A stretch of 55,942 nucleotides of DNA, taken from the NCBI GenBank assembly GCA_964653835.1, contig CAZZFZ010000001.1, positions 19,746 to 75,687 of the forward strand. Direction: 5' to 3'. Position 1 is the first letter of the stretch; each line of letters starts with the position of its first letter. This DNA is from an uncultured Anaerolineales bacterium (GTDB lineage Bacteria; Chloroflexota; Anaerolineae; Anaerolineales; UBA11858). The position numbers and the translations under genes were made by a program. The notes beneath the pieces are model-generated. The model saw only the letters and a list, made by a program, of their open reading frames with translations, made no database searches and had not been told where the DNA came from. Below are positions 1 to 8,361 of the stretch, piece after piece.

Positions 1-2
1 CC

Positions 3-221
3 TTGCGGGAATGGATCACGCCGCAGGAGAACGGCCTGCTCGCCGACCCTGACGACCCCGCAGCGATGGCGGAGGCCATCCTCGCGGCGTTGACCGACTC
101 TGATCTGCGGCGACGCGCCCGTGCGAAAAACGCCCACCTCATCGCCGAGCGCGCTGAGTACGGGGCTGTGATGGCGCAGGCGGATGCGTTTTATCAGCAG
201 TTGATTGCAAGCAAAGGTTGA
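3..221 (+). CDS. Glycosyltransferase (GT-B, family 4-like) C-terminal fragment; 5' part lies outside the window
   Basis: ORF is open to the left edge. The tail 'GLLADPDDPAAMAEAILAALTDSDLRRRARAKNAHLIAE' resembles the conserved C-terminal region of GT4 enzymes. Family call is by eye only. Confidence 0.5.
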   Translation: MREWITPQENGLLADPDDPAAMAEAILAALTDSDLRRRARAKNAHLIAERAEYGAVMAQADAFYQQLIASKG

Positions 222-269
222 TACAGGTGATTGGCCCCTGGCTATGGTCAGCGCTTGATGGGGGGGCGG

Positions 270-929
270 TTATTCCCGCTCTAATTGCTTCATCCACACC
301 GCCCAGCGAGAGGTGAAGTGCACCAGTGGGGTGGAGAGGATCAGTGGGGGAGTGACAGCTTGCTTCAGAGCTTCTTTGAGCGAAGTGGCGTCCTCGAAGG
401 GCGGCAGGAGCAGCGTGCCGCGGCCAACCTCGAAGGCGGCGTGGGCGTCTGAGCCACAGGTGCCGGGGATTCCGTGCGCCTGGGCGAAATCCGCTGCGCG
501 CCAGTTGTGCCACGGGAACATGCAGCGGGCGTTGAAGGTCTCGATGGCGTCTACGTGGGGGAGGATCGCCAGCAAGTCGGCGTCTTTCCAATGACCTTTG
601 CGATGCCGGTCGAAGGGGTGTGAAACGCTGATGAAGGCGTTTTGCGCGCGTAGGCGAGCGATCGCCTCCAGCGGCGGCAGCCCGGCGGGGACTTCCTCGC
701 GCACGAAGGCTGCCAGCAGTTCCCCCTGCGTGGTCATGATCTCCTCACCGACGATGACGCGTTCCGGATCGAGTTCTTTGCAGCGCAACGCTCCTTCGAT
801 GCGGTTGTGATCGGTGACGATCAGGCGGTCGATGCCGCGGCGTCGCGCCGTGGCCACCAGTTTTTCTGGTTGTGTCAGGCTGTCGGGGGAGTAGATTGTG
901 TGTGTGTGGAAGTCGGTTCGCCAGCGCAT
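270..929 (-). CDS. PHP-domain metal-dependent phosphoesterase
   Basis: 219 aa. N-terminal 'DFHTHTIYSPDS' (HxH), then 'IVTDHN', 'VSHPF' and 'GSDAH', which are typical PHP-family metal-ligand motifs. Confidence 0.85.
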   Translation of the reverse strand: MRWRTDFHTHTIYSPDSLTQPEKLVATARRRGIDRLIVTDHNRIEGALRCKELDPERVIVGEEIMTTQGELLAAFVREEVPAGLPPLEAIARLRAQNAFISVSHPFDRHRKGHWKDADLLAILPHVDAIETFNARCMFPWHNWRAADFAQAHGIPGTCGSDAHAAFEVGRGTLLLPPFEDATSLKEALKQAVTPPLILSTPLVHFTSRWAVWMKQLERE

Positions 930-1076
930 AGGGGGATTTTACCCCACTCGCAGAAGGTCTGGGGTGAAAGCTGGCTGTAGTATAATGATTCCACTTTAAC
1001 CGGGGTATGATAGTACGCCTCACTCGAGGCGTAACCAGGCCATTTGGCCGCGCTATGTGAAACATGGGGCGACTCC

Positions 1077-4000
1077 ATGGGCACTCAGAAAACCGAGAAG
1101 AAAAATGGGGGCCGGCTATCCACGTTCTCTCTGGCACTGATCGTAGCGGTTTTTTCGCTGGCGTTGTTTTATGCGTTGCTGCCAGTTGCTGAAGAGCCCC
1201 GGGATCTGCTTGTGGAGGAGGAACGTGCCTATCTTGCGCTGGGGCGCCATGGGGTGCGGATACTGGATATTTCCAACATGGCTGCTCCCCAGGAGATCGG
1301 TCGCCTGGATACGCCGGGGTATGCCTATCAACTGGCGTTGCGCACGGATTCGCTAGGGCGGCAAATTCTCTTTGTTGCAGATGGATGGTGGGGAGCGCTG
1401 GCGCTGGATGTCACGGATCCTGCCAAGATCAATGTGCTATGGCGCAGCAGTGGGGTGCGCCGCGCCCGCGGTATCGTCCTGGCTGGCGATGATCTGTTCG
1501 TCAGCGACCCTGGGGGCAAGCTGCATCGCTTTAAGGTTGATTCGCTTCCTGCTCCGCCAGAAGAGGTGTTGCACTGGGTTTGGGATAAAGCAACGGGGAT
1601 TGTTCGCGGCCTGGGGCCGCTGTGGGTGGATGGGAATCGCTTGTACAGTGTGCGAAATGGAAATCAATGGGTGTTTTTCGATATCTCCAACCGAGATCTA
1701 CCTCAGCCGGCAGCGGCGATCACCGCGCCCGCCGAGATCCTCGACCTGGCGATCGCTGACGGCAGGGTTTACCTGGCTTTGGGTACTTTGGGGGTGACCT
1801 GGGTGGCTCCGGCCAAGGGCGTTGAAACTTTTGGTGTCGAACCTGTGCCCATTGGCGATGTCCACAGCCTGGATGTGAAAGGTGGCTATCTGTACGCCGG
1901 CGTCAAGGGGCGCGGGGTAGTCGTGCATGATCTCAGCGGCGGCACCGCCTGGTCGCTGGTGGCAAGCGCGGAGACGCGGCAAACTCCAGGTCAGCTGGTA
2001 TACGATCGAGGGCGGATTATCCTGGCCGATGGGCGTCGGACGGTTTCCCTCCTGGGTATAACCGATTCGCTGAAGCAGACCGATTTGCAGCGCGTCTTGA
2101 GCGGTTACGTCGCCGATGTAGCCGTCCATCCTGGAGGCTATATCTATCTGGCCAATTGCGAGCAGGGCGTGCAGATTCTGACTCATCAGGGAGAGCGTCG
2201 AGGGGATGTGCATGATCTGCCGGGTTGCGTTCAGGCTGTCGTTGTAACACAGACGCATCTTTTCGCTGCCGTCCGCGATCGCGGGGTAAGGGTTTATAGC
2301 CTGACGGATGGACTGGAGACGCCGAAGTTGCTTAGCGAGATTGGCACGGGCGGAGCGGCGCGTGACCTCCTGGCCCAGGGCCAGTATGTCTACGTGGCTG
2401 ATGGGACGGCGGGGTTGAAGGTGGTGGATTGGGCGTTGCCGCTGAATCAGGTGATCGCCACGCTCTCTTTTGGGGAGGGGGCCGATTTGCAGCGGATTGC
2501 CCTTTCCGGTGATCGGCTTTATCTTGCCGCTGGCTCGCTGGGGTTGCAGGTTGTTTCGATTGAAAATCCAGCGCAGCCGCAATCGCTGGCTGCGGTGCAG
2601 GTTGGGGGCGAGGTTCGTTCGGTCGCTGTGCAGGCCATCACACAGGGGGATGGGGAAAACGCGGTGCATGCCTATTTGATTGGCAAGGGCAGTGACGGTC
2701 AACAGATTCTCTGGGTGGTTGACGTCAGTGATCCGGGTAAGGCGCGCGTCCTCAGTCAGGTTCGCCTCGCCGCTGAGCCGCGGGATGTCGCCGTGGACGG
2801 GCGACTGGTGTATGTGCTCGAAGCCGGGCGCGGCCTGCAGGTTTATGATGTCGCTGACCCGGCCGCTCCGCAGGATCGCTCCCCGGCCCCGCAAGAGGGA
2901 GATTTCAATCGCCTGACGGTTGCCGATCATCGCGTGTATGTCGCCCGCGCGACGCGGGGCGTTGCGGCTTATCGCGTGGTAAACCCAGAAGCACCCGAAA
3001 CCGTTTTTTCTCTGGATATGTTCGGTGTGCTGCGCGCCGGGGGCGTCCGTGACGGCTACCTGTACGCCGTGGATGGCTCCGGTGAGATGTGGGTCGCGAA
3101 TTTGCATGACCCAGGGCAGGCTTTCGTCGTCAGCCGCTACCGCACTCCCGGCGAGGCGCGCGGGCTGGATATCCGCGGCGACTACGCTTACATCGCCGAT
3201 GGCAGCCAGGGTTTGCGCATCCTGCAATTGGGGGATGGCGGCGCCTTGACGCCTGTGGGCGGGTTCGAAGCGATGGATAACGCCCGTGATGTGGTCGTCG
3301 GCGATGGGTACGCTTTTGTGGTCAATCGCGAGGCGCGCATTGAGGTCTTTGACGTGCGCAATCCGGGAAACCCTGAACCGCTTCTGGGTTTCAACACCCG
3401 GGGAACTGTCCTCGATCTGGACATACTCAACGGATATCTGTACGTCGCTGAGGGGGATCAGGGGATTGAAGTGTGGGATGTCCGTCAGCCCGGGCGCCCT
3501 CAGTATGTGGAATTTCCCCTGAGTGAGGATTGGGGGAGCGTAACCCGTCTGGAGGCCTCTCCTAGCGGAAGCGTGCTTTATGTGCTTTCTGCTCAGCAGG
3601 GGTTGCTTGCTCTGCGCGCGACCCGGCCGGGCGCGGCACGCCTGGTGGCGTGTTTTGCCTCGCAGGGAGAACCCCAGGACGTTCATCTGATCGGGCGTTA
3701 TGTGTTATTTGCGGATGGCGAGGCCGGGACGCGCGTTTTCCACCACCTGGCAAACGATGAGATTAATGAAGTCAGTGGGGGGCCAATTCCGGGATATGCT
3801 GCGAACGTATTGGGCATCAACCTGAATCCAGTTCAGGAGTTGGAGTTCCTGGTGGCTACCGTGGGGCAAAACGGGATGGTGCACCTGAAGCAGGTGAAGA
3901 ACGCGGTTTCGTTTTTCTCTGCAGGGCAATACTTCCTGCCTGGCCGCGGAGGGCTGGTCGGCCTCTTGCTTAATTCAGTGACGCTTCCCCAGGTGGAGAT

Positions 4001-5531
4001 GACAGCGGCGCAGGTGTTCCTGGGGATGCTGGTTTTCTGGCTCAGTTTGCGCCTGTTTCTAATTCTGGCCTCCGGACAGGTGCTGCCGTTGGCGGAGGGC
4101 TGGTTTAGCCGCACCGCCCTCCAGCGGTTAACCAGCTACATCTGGGGGATGCACGGGCCTGTGGTGTTCGTCCGCGATGGCAAAGGAGAACAGCGTCAGG
4201 GCGAGTTTGCGCCCACCGGTACCGGATTGGTGTTTATCGACGCGGTCAGCGCAGCGGTGTTGGAGCGGCGCGCTGGCCTGCCGGGGTTGCTAGGGCGCAT
4301 CAGGAATTTTCTTCGCCGCCGCCACCCGCGCGAGAATCTGGGCATGCGCCCGGTTGGGCCTGGGGTGAATCTGATTCGCCGTGGAGAGCGGCTGCGCGCT
4401 GTTGTGGATTTACGCCGTCAAATTCGCCTGCGGGTGGGCGTGACGGCCAAGACGGCCGATGGTATGGATGTTTCCTCGGTTGTGTTTTCTTTATTCTCCC
4501 TCGGCATGTCTGCCGACAGGCTGCTGGTTACTTATATCGGGGATGATGAAAAACCGGAGAATGTCCGCGAGGTACAGTTGCGCGAAGTCTCGCCTTCTAA
4601 AGATGATGAATTCACTCGTCAGATCGTTGCCCGGCTGGCAGACACATTTGATCCCTCCGACAAGCTTGAGGTTCACCGCTATATCGAGCGTTTTCGCAGT
4701 CGTCGGGTGGATGCCACGTGGCAGGCGCCGCCCGCGCCGCCGGATTGGCCTTTGTTCATTTATAACCCGGAGCGCGTGCGTGCGGCCGGCGTTTTGGGGC
4801 GGGCGTATAACCGGGAGAGTGAAACGTGGGAGGACTGGACGCGCATGCCGCTAGATATCGCCGTGGATATCTTTCGGGGTTTGTTGGAGCGCTATGCGTT
4901 TGACGATCTTTTTGTTCCAGACAGGCCGAATGGCACCCATTTGAGACAACTGGGCGATGATTTCCGCCAGAAGATGATCCACCAGGGGATTTTGGCTGTT
5001 CAGTTTGTCGAGCGTGCGGATGGCAAACCTATCCGTGAGGGAGATGACTGGCGTGAAGGGGCGCTTACTCGTTACCCGGTGTGGGAGTTGCCGCCAAACG
5101 GCAAGCCGCTGCGCGGGCGTGGCATTCGCATTTTGCATGCTGGTTTTGCCGGTTTGACGCCTACCCGGCCGGAGGTGATGCGAGATTACCGTTATGGATT
5201 CTGGCGCAGCTTGCAGCGTAAGCGTGTGTTGGAAACCAGCGGTGATTACCAGCGGCAGGCGTTGCGGATTATGAGTCAGGCGCGCGCCCAGGCGCAGCGT
5301 GAGATGGCAAATTCGTTGCTGCGCATCCTGCATACGCCGGGGCTCTCGAAATCCTCCCTGGCGCTGCGCGTTTTTCAGGCTTTGGAGGCCGCGGCGACCA
5401 ACCCGGCCGCGGGAAAGAAACTCTCCCGCGATGTGACCTATTTGCTTCACACCCTGGGCAATTTGTTGTTGCCCGGGCGCGATGAGCGACGCGGGGACGA
5501 CCTGACGCCGGATGACCCTCAGGCGGAGTGA
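1077..5531 (+). CDS. Giant membrane protein: N-terminal TM anchor, ~20 LVIVD-like beta-propeller blades, hydrophobic block, C-terminal SPFH/band-7-like domain
   Basis: ATG at 1077; the track ORF opens at TTG 1044. TM helix 'LSTFSLALIVAVFSLALFYALL'. Repeated blades such as 'VYVADGTAGLKVVDW', 'LYLAAGSLGLQVVSIENPAQPQ' and 'LYVAEGDQGIEVWDVRQPGRPQ' run up to about nt 3750. A hydrophobic segment spans nt ~3950-4075. The C-terminal core is 'GPGVNLIRRGERLRAVVDLRRQIRLRVGVTAKTADGMDV'. Confidence 0.85.
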   Translation: MGTQKTEKKNGGRLSTFSLALIVAVFSLALFYALLPVAEEPRDLLVEEERAYLALGRHGVRILDISNMAAPQEIGRLDTPGYAYQLALRTDSLGRQILFVADGWWGALALDVTDPAKINVLWRSSGVRRARGIVLAGDDLFVSDPGGKLHRFKVDSLPAPPEEVLHWVWDKATGIVRGLGPLWVDGNRLYSVRNGNQWVFFDISNRDLPQPAAAITAPAEILDLAIADGRVYLALGTLGVTWVAPAKGVETFGVEPVPIGDVHSLDVKGGYLYAGVKGRGVVVHDLSGGTAWSLVASAETRQTPGQLVYDRGRIILADGRRTVSLLGITDSLKQTDLQRVLSGYVADVAVHPGGYIYLANCEQGVQILTHQGERRGDVHDLPGCVQAVVVTQTHLFAAVRDRGVRVYSLTDGLETPKLLSEIGTGGAARDLLAQGQYVYVADGTAGLKVVDWALPLNQVIATLSFGEGADLQRIALSGDRLYLAAGSLGLQVVSIENPAQPQSLAAVQVGGEVRSVAVQAITQGDGENAVHAYLIGKGSDGQQILWVVDVSDPGKARVLSQVRLAAEPRDVAVDGRLVYVLEAGRGLQVYDVADPAAPQDRSPAPQEGDFNRLTVADHRVYVARATRGVAAYRVVNPEAPETVFSLDMFGVLRAGGVRDGYLYAVDGSGEMWVANLHDPGQAFVVSRYRTPGEARGLDIRGDYAYIADGSQGLRILQLGDGGALTPVGGFEAMDNARDVVVGDGYAFVVNREARIEVFDVRNPGNPEPLLGFNTRGTVLDLDILNGYLYVAEGDQGIEVWDVRQPGRPQYVEFPLSEDWGSVTRLEASPSGSVLYVLSAQQGLLALRATRPGAARLVACFASQGEPQDVHLIGRYVLFADGEAGTRVFHHLANDEINEVSGGPIPGYAANVLGINLNPVQELEFLVATVGQNGMVHLKQVKNAVSFFSAGQYFLPGRGGLVGLLLNSVTLPQVEMTAAQVFLGMLVFWLSLRLFLILASGQVLPLAEGWFSRTALQRLTSYIWGMHGPVVFVRDGKGEQRQGEFAPTGTGLVFIDAVSAAVLERRAGLPGLLGRIRNFLRRRHPRENLGMRPVGPGVNLIRRGERLRAVVDLRRQIRLRVGVTAKTADGMDVSSVVFSLFSLGMSADRLLVTYIGDDEKPENVREVQLREVSPSKDDEFTRQIVARLADTFDPSDKLEVHRYIERFRSRRVDATWQAPPAPPDWPLFIYNPERVRAAGVLGRAYNRESETWEDWTRMPLDIAVDIFRGLLERYAFDDLFVPDRPNGTHLRQLGDDFRQKMIHQGILAVQFVERADGKPIREGDDWREGALTRYPVWELPPNGKPLRGRGIRILHAGFAGLTPTRPEVMRDYRYGFWRSLQRKRVLETSGDYQRQALRIMSQARAQAQREMANSLLRILHTPGLSKSSLALRVFQALEAAATNPAAGKKLSRDVTYLLHTLGNLLLPGRDERRGDDLTPDDPQAE

Positions 5532-5537
5532 GGCACG

Positions 5538-6881
5538 ATGAGACGGATTTTCCGTGACTTTCGATCTCGAACCAATCCCTGGCTGGGCGGGCAACCGTGG
5601 GGGTGTGCGCGTTTCCTCATCCTGGGAGGGTTTGTCATCCTGCTGGGGGTGGTGGCCGGCGCGTTGAGCAGGACGATTGACGTCCCCTCGTTGCTGGTTT
5701 ACCTTCGCTCGCAACAATGGTCGATAGCTTTCGTCACGTTGTTCCAGCCGTACTCCTGGCTGGTGTTGCTGGCCTTTGGGTTGGGCATGGCAGTTTGTGC
5801 TCGCTATGTGCAGGATGTTTTCGCCATCCCTGCCCCGCGCGCTGCCTGGCACTATCTGGTTGCCCTGCTGTTCCGCGTGCGTCAGCCGCGGTTGAATGTG
5901 GAAGATGGGCGTTTCCGGGAGCTGGAGGAGGAGTTTCACCTTCTGCGTGACGTCGGCGGGCCGGGGTTCCTTGTGATTCAGCAGGGGAATCTGGTTTTGC
6001 TGGAGGGGATGGATGGGCGGCCGCGCGTGTGCGCCGCGGGGCCGAATTATGTCGCTCCGTTCGAGCGCGTGCGCGAAATCATCAGCCTGGATGACCAGAT
6101 CGTCCCGTTGTCGCCGGTTCGGGCGACCACGCGCGACGGCATCATAGTGGAAGTCCGTGAGGCGGAATTCGCTTTTCGACTGCGCACTGGCCGCGGTGAC
6201 AGCGATCTGGCCCGCCGCGAAGCGGATAGCCCCTATGTCTTCTCGTTGCAGGCCGCCCTGCGCAGTTATTACAATCGCTCTGTTGGTTCAGGTGGCGTGA
6301 CGCCCTGGCAGCAGGTGGTCGCTCGCGCGGTGACGAGCGCGATCACCGGCTATATTCAGCAGAATCGCCTCGAAGATCTCATTCCCCCGGAGGAGGCCCG
6401 CACTGTCGCCGCGGGCGAATCCCAACCCAATGCAGAATATGCGCCGCGGTTTGCCCGCGAGGTCATCACCCAGCGCCTGAATAACGACGCCACGCGCGCT
6501 CAGCTGGAAGACGTGGGCGCTGAGTTGGTTTGGGTGAATATGGGTCAATTCCGCATCGTGGATGACCGCGTCAACGCTCAGTTGATCGAAACCTGGGGCG
6601 CCCCCTGGAAGGGGCGCGCCGAGATCAACCTGGCCGCGGGCGAAGCACAGCGCTGGGCGCTCATTGAGTCCGGGCGCGCCGAAGCGCAGGCAGAGTTGCT
6701 CCAGGATATCCTCGAGATCTTCAACACCGCCGGGGCGCAAGAGGCTTCGCGGGAGGAGCTGGAAACCATGATCCTGGTGCGTACCACGCAGATCCTTGAG
6801 GCGCTTTCCCAGAGCGGGCTTCCGCCGGACGCCGAGAGTGGAAGCGAAGGAGACGACTTCGATCTGCCTCCGCCAGTATAA
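5538..6881 (+). CDS. SPFH/band-7-like membrane protein, paralogous to the C-terminal domain of the preceding gene
   Basis: 447 aa, starting 6 nt after the upstream stop. Two or three N-terminal hydrophobic helices. Core 'GPNYVAPFERVREIISLDDQIVPLSPVRATTRDGIIVEV', then 'GAELVWVNMGQFRIVDD', then an 'AAGEAQRWALIESGRAEAQAELL' coiled-coil-like tail. Acidic C-terminus. Confidence 0.8.
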   Translation: MRRIFRDFRSRTNPWLGGQPWGCARFLILGGFVILLGVVAGALSRTIDVPSLLVYLRSQQWSIAFVTLFQPYSWLVLLAFGLGMAVCARYVQDVFAIPAPRAAWHYLVALLFRVRQPRLNVEDGRFRELEEEFHLLRDVGGPGFLVIQQGNLVLLEGMDGRPRVCAAGPNYVAPFERVREIISLDDQIVPLSPVRATTRDGIIVEVREAEFAFRLRTGRGDSDLARREADSPYVFSLQAALRSYYNRSVGSGGVTPWQQVVARAVTSAITGYIQQNRLEDLIPPEEARTVAAGESQPNAEYAPRFAREVITQRLNNDATRAQLEDVGAELVWVNMGQFRIVDDRVNAQLIETWGAPWKGRAEINLAAGEAQRWALIESGRAEAQAELLQDILEIFNTAGAQEASREELETMILVRTTQILEALSQSGLPPDAESGSEGDDFDLPPPV

Positions 6882-6913
6882 ACGCCCATTATGGGTGGAT
6901 AAAGGAGGTGACC

Positions 6914-7111
6914 ATGACCAACCCTGCGACACAAAAAGATTCTAATGGCGCGCGCTGCGAGGTCATCCTCTTGATGGTGGAGCAAATTGAAAAGCTGCCT
7001 CCACGGTTGCGTGCCTGTCACGTGTTGACGTGGTATTATCATCCGCGTTTGGAATATCCCTGGGATGAGTTGCGCGCTGCTTTGCTCAGGGCGCTCCTCA
7101 AGCCCAACTGA
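6914..7111 (+). CDS. Small hypothetical protein (65 aa) with a sigma-70 region-4-like 'LPPRLR' segment
   Basis: Near-consensus SD AAGGAGG (6902-6908) lies 5 nt before ATG 6914. The stop at 7111 falls before the psuG start. 'IEKLPPRLRACHVLTWYY' resembles the start of the ECF sigma region 4 helix-turn-helix, but the protein is far too short for a sigma factor. Confidence 0.45.
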   Translation: MTNPATQKDSNGARCEVILLMVEQIEKLPPRLRACHVLTWYYHPRLEYPWDELRAALLRALLKPN

Positions 7112-7133
7112 TCGAAATTCGGAGTGTAACGTA

Positions 7134-8060
7134 GTGAATTTGAAGAGTGCGTATATTCTGGGGGATGAGGTTTCCCGCGCCCGTGAGATGGGTGTCCCGC
7201 TGGTCGCTTTGGAAACCACAGTGGTCACCCACGGTTTGCCTTCCCCTCGCAACCTGGAGCTGGCTGCGGATATGGAGACCGCGGTGCGGGAAGGTGGCGC
7301 CGCGCCGGCGACCATTGCTGTGCTGGATGGGAAAATCTGCGTGGGGATGACGGCGGAGGAACTGGAGCGTCTGGTGGCGGCGCGGCCCTTGCGAAAGATC
7401 AGCCGTCGCGATTTCGCCCCTGCATTGGCCCGCAAAGAGAGCGGAGGGACGACCGTCGCCGGGACGATGATCGCGGCCCACGCCGTGGGTATTCAGGTGT
7501 TTGCCACCGGCGGCATCGGTGGGGTGCATCGCTTTCCCCCTTACGATGTCTCCGCCGATCTGCCAGAGCTGGCGCGTACCCCGTTGATCGTGGTTTGCGC
7601 TGGGGCCAAGGCGATCCTCGACCTGCCCGCCACCCTGGAGATGTTGGAGACCTGGGGGGTGCCGGTGATCGGCTACCAGACGGACGAGTTCCCGGCATTT
7701 TACTCCCAGAGCAGCGGATTGCCGGTCAGCGCCCGCGCTGATTCGCCCGCGGAGGTGGCTGAGATTGCCCGCGCCCACTGGGGGCTGGGGTTGGAGAGCG
7801 CTGTGCTGGTGGCCGTGCCGCCACAGGCCTCGGCGCTGCCCGCCGAAGAGCTGGAAGCAGCGATTCAGCAGGCGTTGCGCGAGGCCGAAGCCCAGGGGAT
7901 ACGCGGCCAGGCCAGCACGCCCTTTTTGCTGGCGCGGGTGAGTGAACTCACCGGTCAGGCCAGCCTGCACGCCAACCTGGATTTATTGTTGAACAACGCC
8001 CGCGTTGCCGCTCAGATTGCCGTTGCTTTGGGAGGGAATAAGGCAAAGACGTTTGTGTAG
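7134..8060 (+). CDS. psuG: Pseudouridine-5'-phosphate glycosidase
   Basis: 'PLVALETTVVTHGLPSPRNLE', 'ATIAVLDGKICVGM', 'TTVAGTMIAAH..GI.VFATGGIGGVHR' and 'DVSADL.EL..TP..VVCAGAKAILD' match the PsuG (IndA) family. GTG 7134 is preceded by GGAG at 7121; the track ORF start at 7065 looks like an in-frame extension. Confidence 0.9.
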   Translation: MNLKSAYILGDEVSRAREMGVPLVALETTVVTHGLPSPRNLELAADMETAVREGGAAPATIAVLDGKICVGMTAEELERLVAARPLRKISRRDFAPALARKESGGTTVAGTMIAAHAVGIQVFATGGIGGVHRFPPYDVSADLPELARTPLIVVCAGAKAILDLPATLEMLETWGVPVIGYQTDEFPAFYSQSSGLPVSARADSPAEVAEIARAHWGLGLESAVLVAVPPQASALPAEELEAAIQQALREAEAQGIRGQASTPFLLARVSELTGQASLHANLDLLLNNARVAAQIAVALGGNKAKTFV

Positions 8061-8089
8061 CACCTGGGCATACAAAAGTAGAGGCACCT

Positions 8090-8295
8090 GAGTTCGGGAT
8101 AAGGCAAAACGCCATAGATGCGATCAACGCCCTTCGATACGCACTTCGCCAGCGCTCAGTGCTACTCAGGACGCTGATCTCTTCACTGAATAACGCATCC
8201 TGAGTAGCGCCCCGGGCTGAGTAGCAAAGCGTACCGAAGCCCAAGGCGCGTATCGAAGGGTGCGTTATTCATCAGGTAACACTTATCCCGAATTC
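8090..8295. repeat. Nested-hairpin MITE/REP-like intergenic repeat, full-length copy 1
   Basis: Outer 14-nt inverted repeat GAGTTCGGGATAAG (8090-8103) / CTTATCCCGAATTC (8282-8295). Inner perfect 13-bp pair CCCTTCGATACGC (8130-8142) / GCGTATCGAAGGG (8248-8260). Further CTACTCAGG / CCTGAGTAG pairing. Core 8123-8268 recurs at 54443-54590 and includes an identical 30-mer. Confidence 0.65.
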
Positions 8296-8300
8296 ACGTT

Positions 8301-8337
8301 AAAGGCGGCTGTCACCTGCGAAGTGGCAGCCGCCTTT
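8301..8337. terminator. Bidirectional intrinsic terminator between convergent psuG and the PT-rich gene
   Basis: AAAGGCGGCTGTCAC (8301-8315) pairs with GTGGCAGCCGCCTTT (8323-8337), 14 of 15 bp. An A-run and a T-run flank the stem on both strands. Confidence 0.6.
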
Positions 8338-8361
8338 GTGCCTGGCGTTTTAAAAGCTCAC

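Noticed and set aside
981-986. TATAAT box upstream of the giant LVIVD gene
   Set aside because: There is no acceptable -35 or extended -10 at the right spacing, so it is not listed as a feature.
1698-3686. 662-aa minus-strand ORF inside the LVIVD gene
   Set aside because: It lies antisense to the regular blade repeats of the plus-strand protein. It has no periodicity or motifs of its own.
7065-7133. N-terminal extensions suggested by the ORF track (7065, 10268, 18339, 25435, 34151, 37150, 38528, 44847; also 1044 and 55773)
   Set aside because: In most cases an internal ATG/GTG with a proper SD coincides with the start of family-conserved sequence or a signal peptide. The SD is weak or not visible at 10226 and 18369. 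At 1077 and 55725 the internal ATG was chosen on start-codon position and family alignment alone. The upstream extension is compositionally odd or overlaps the preceding gene.
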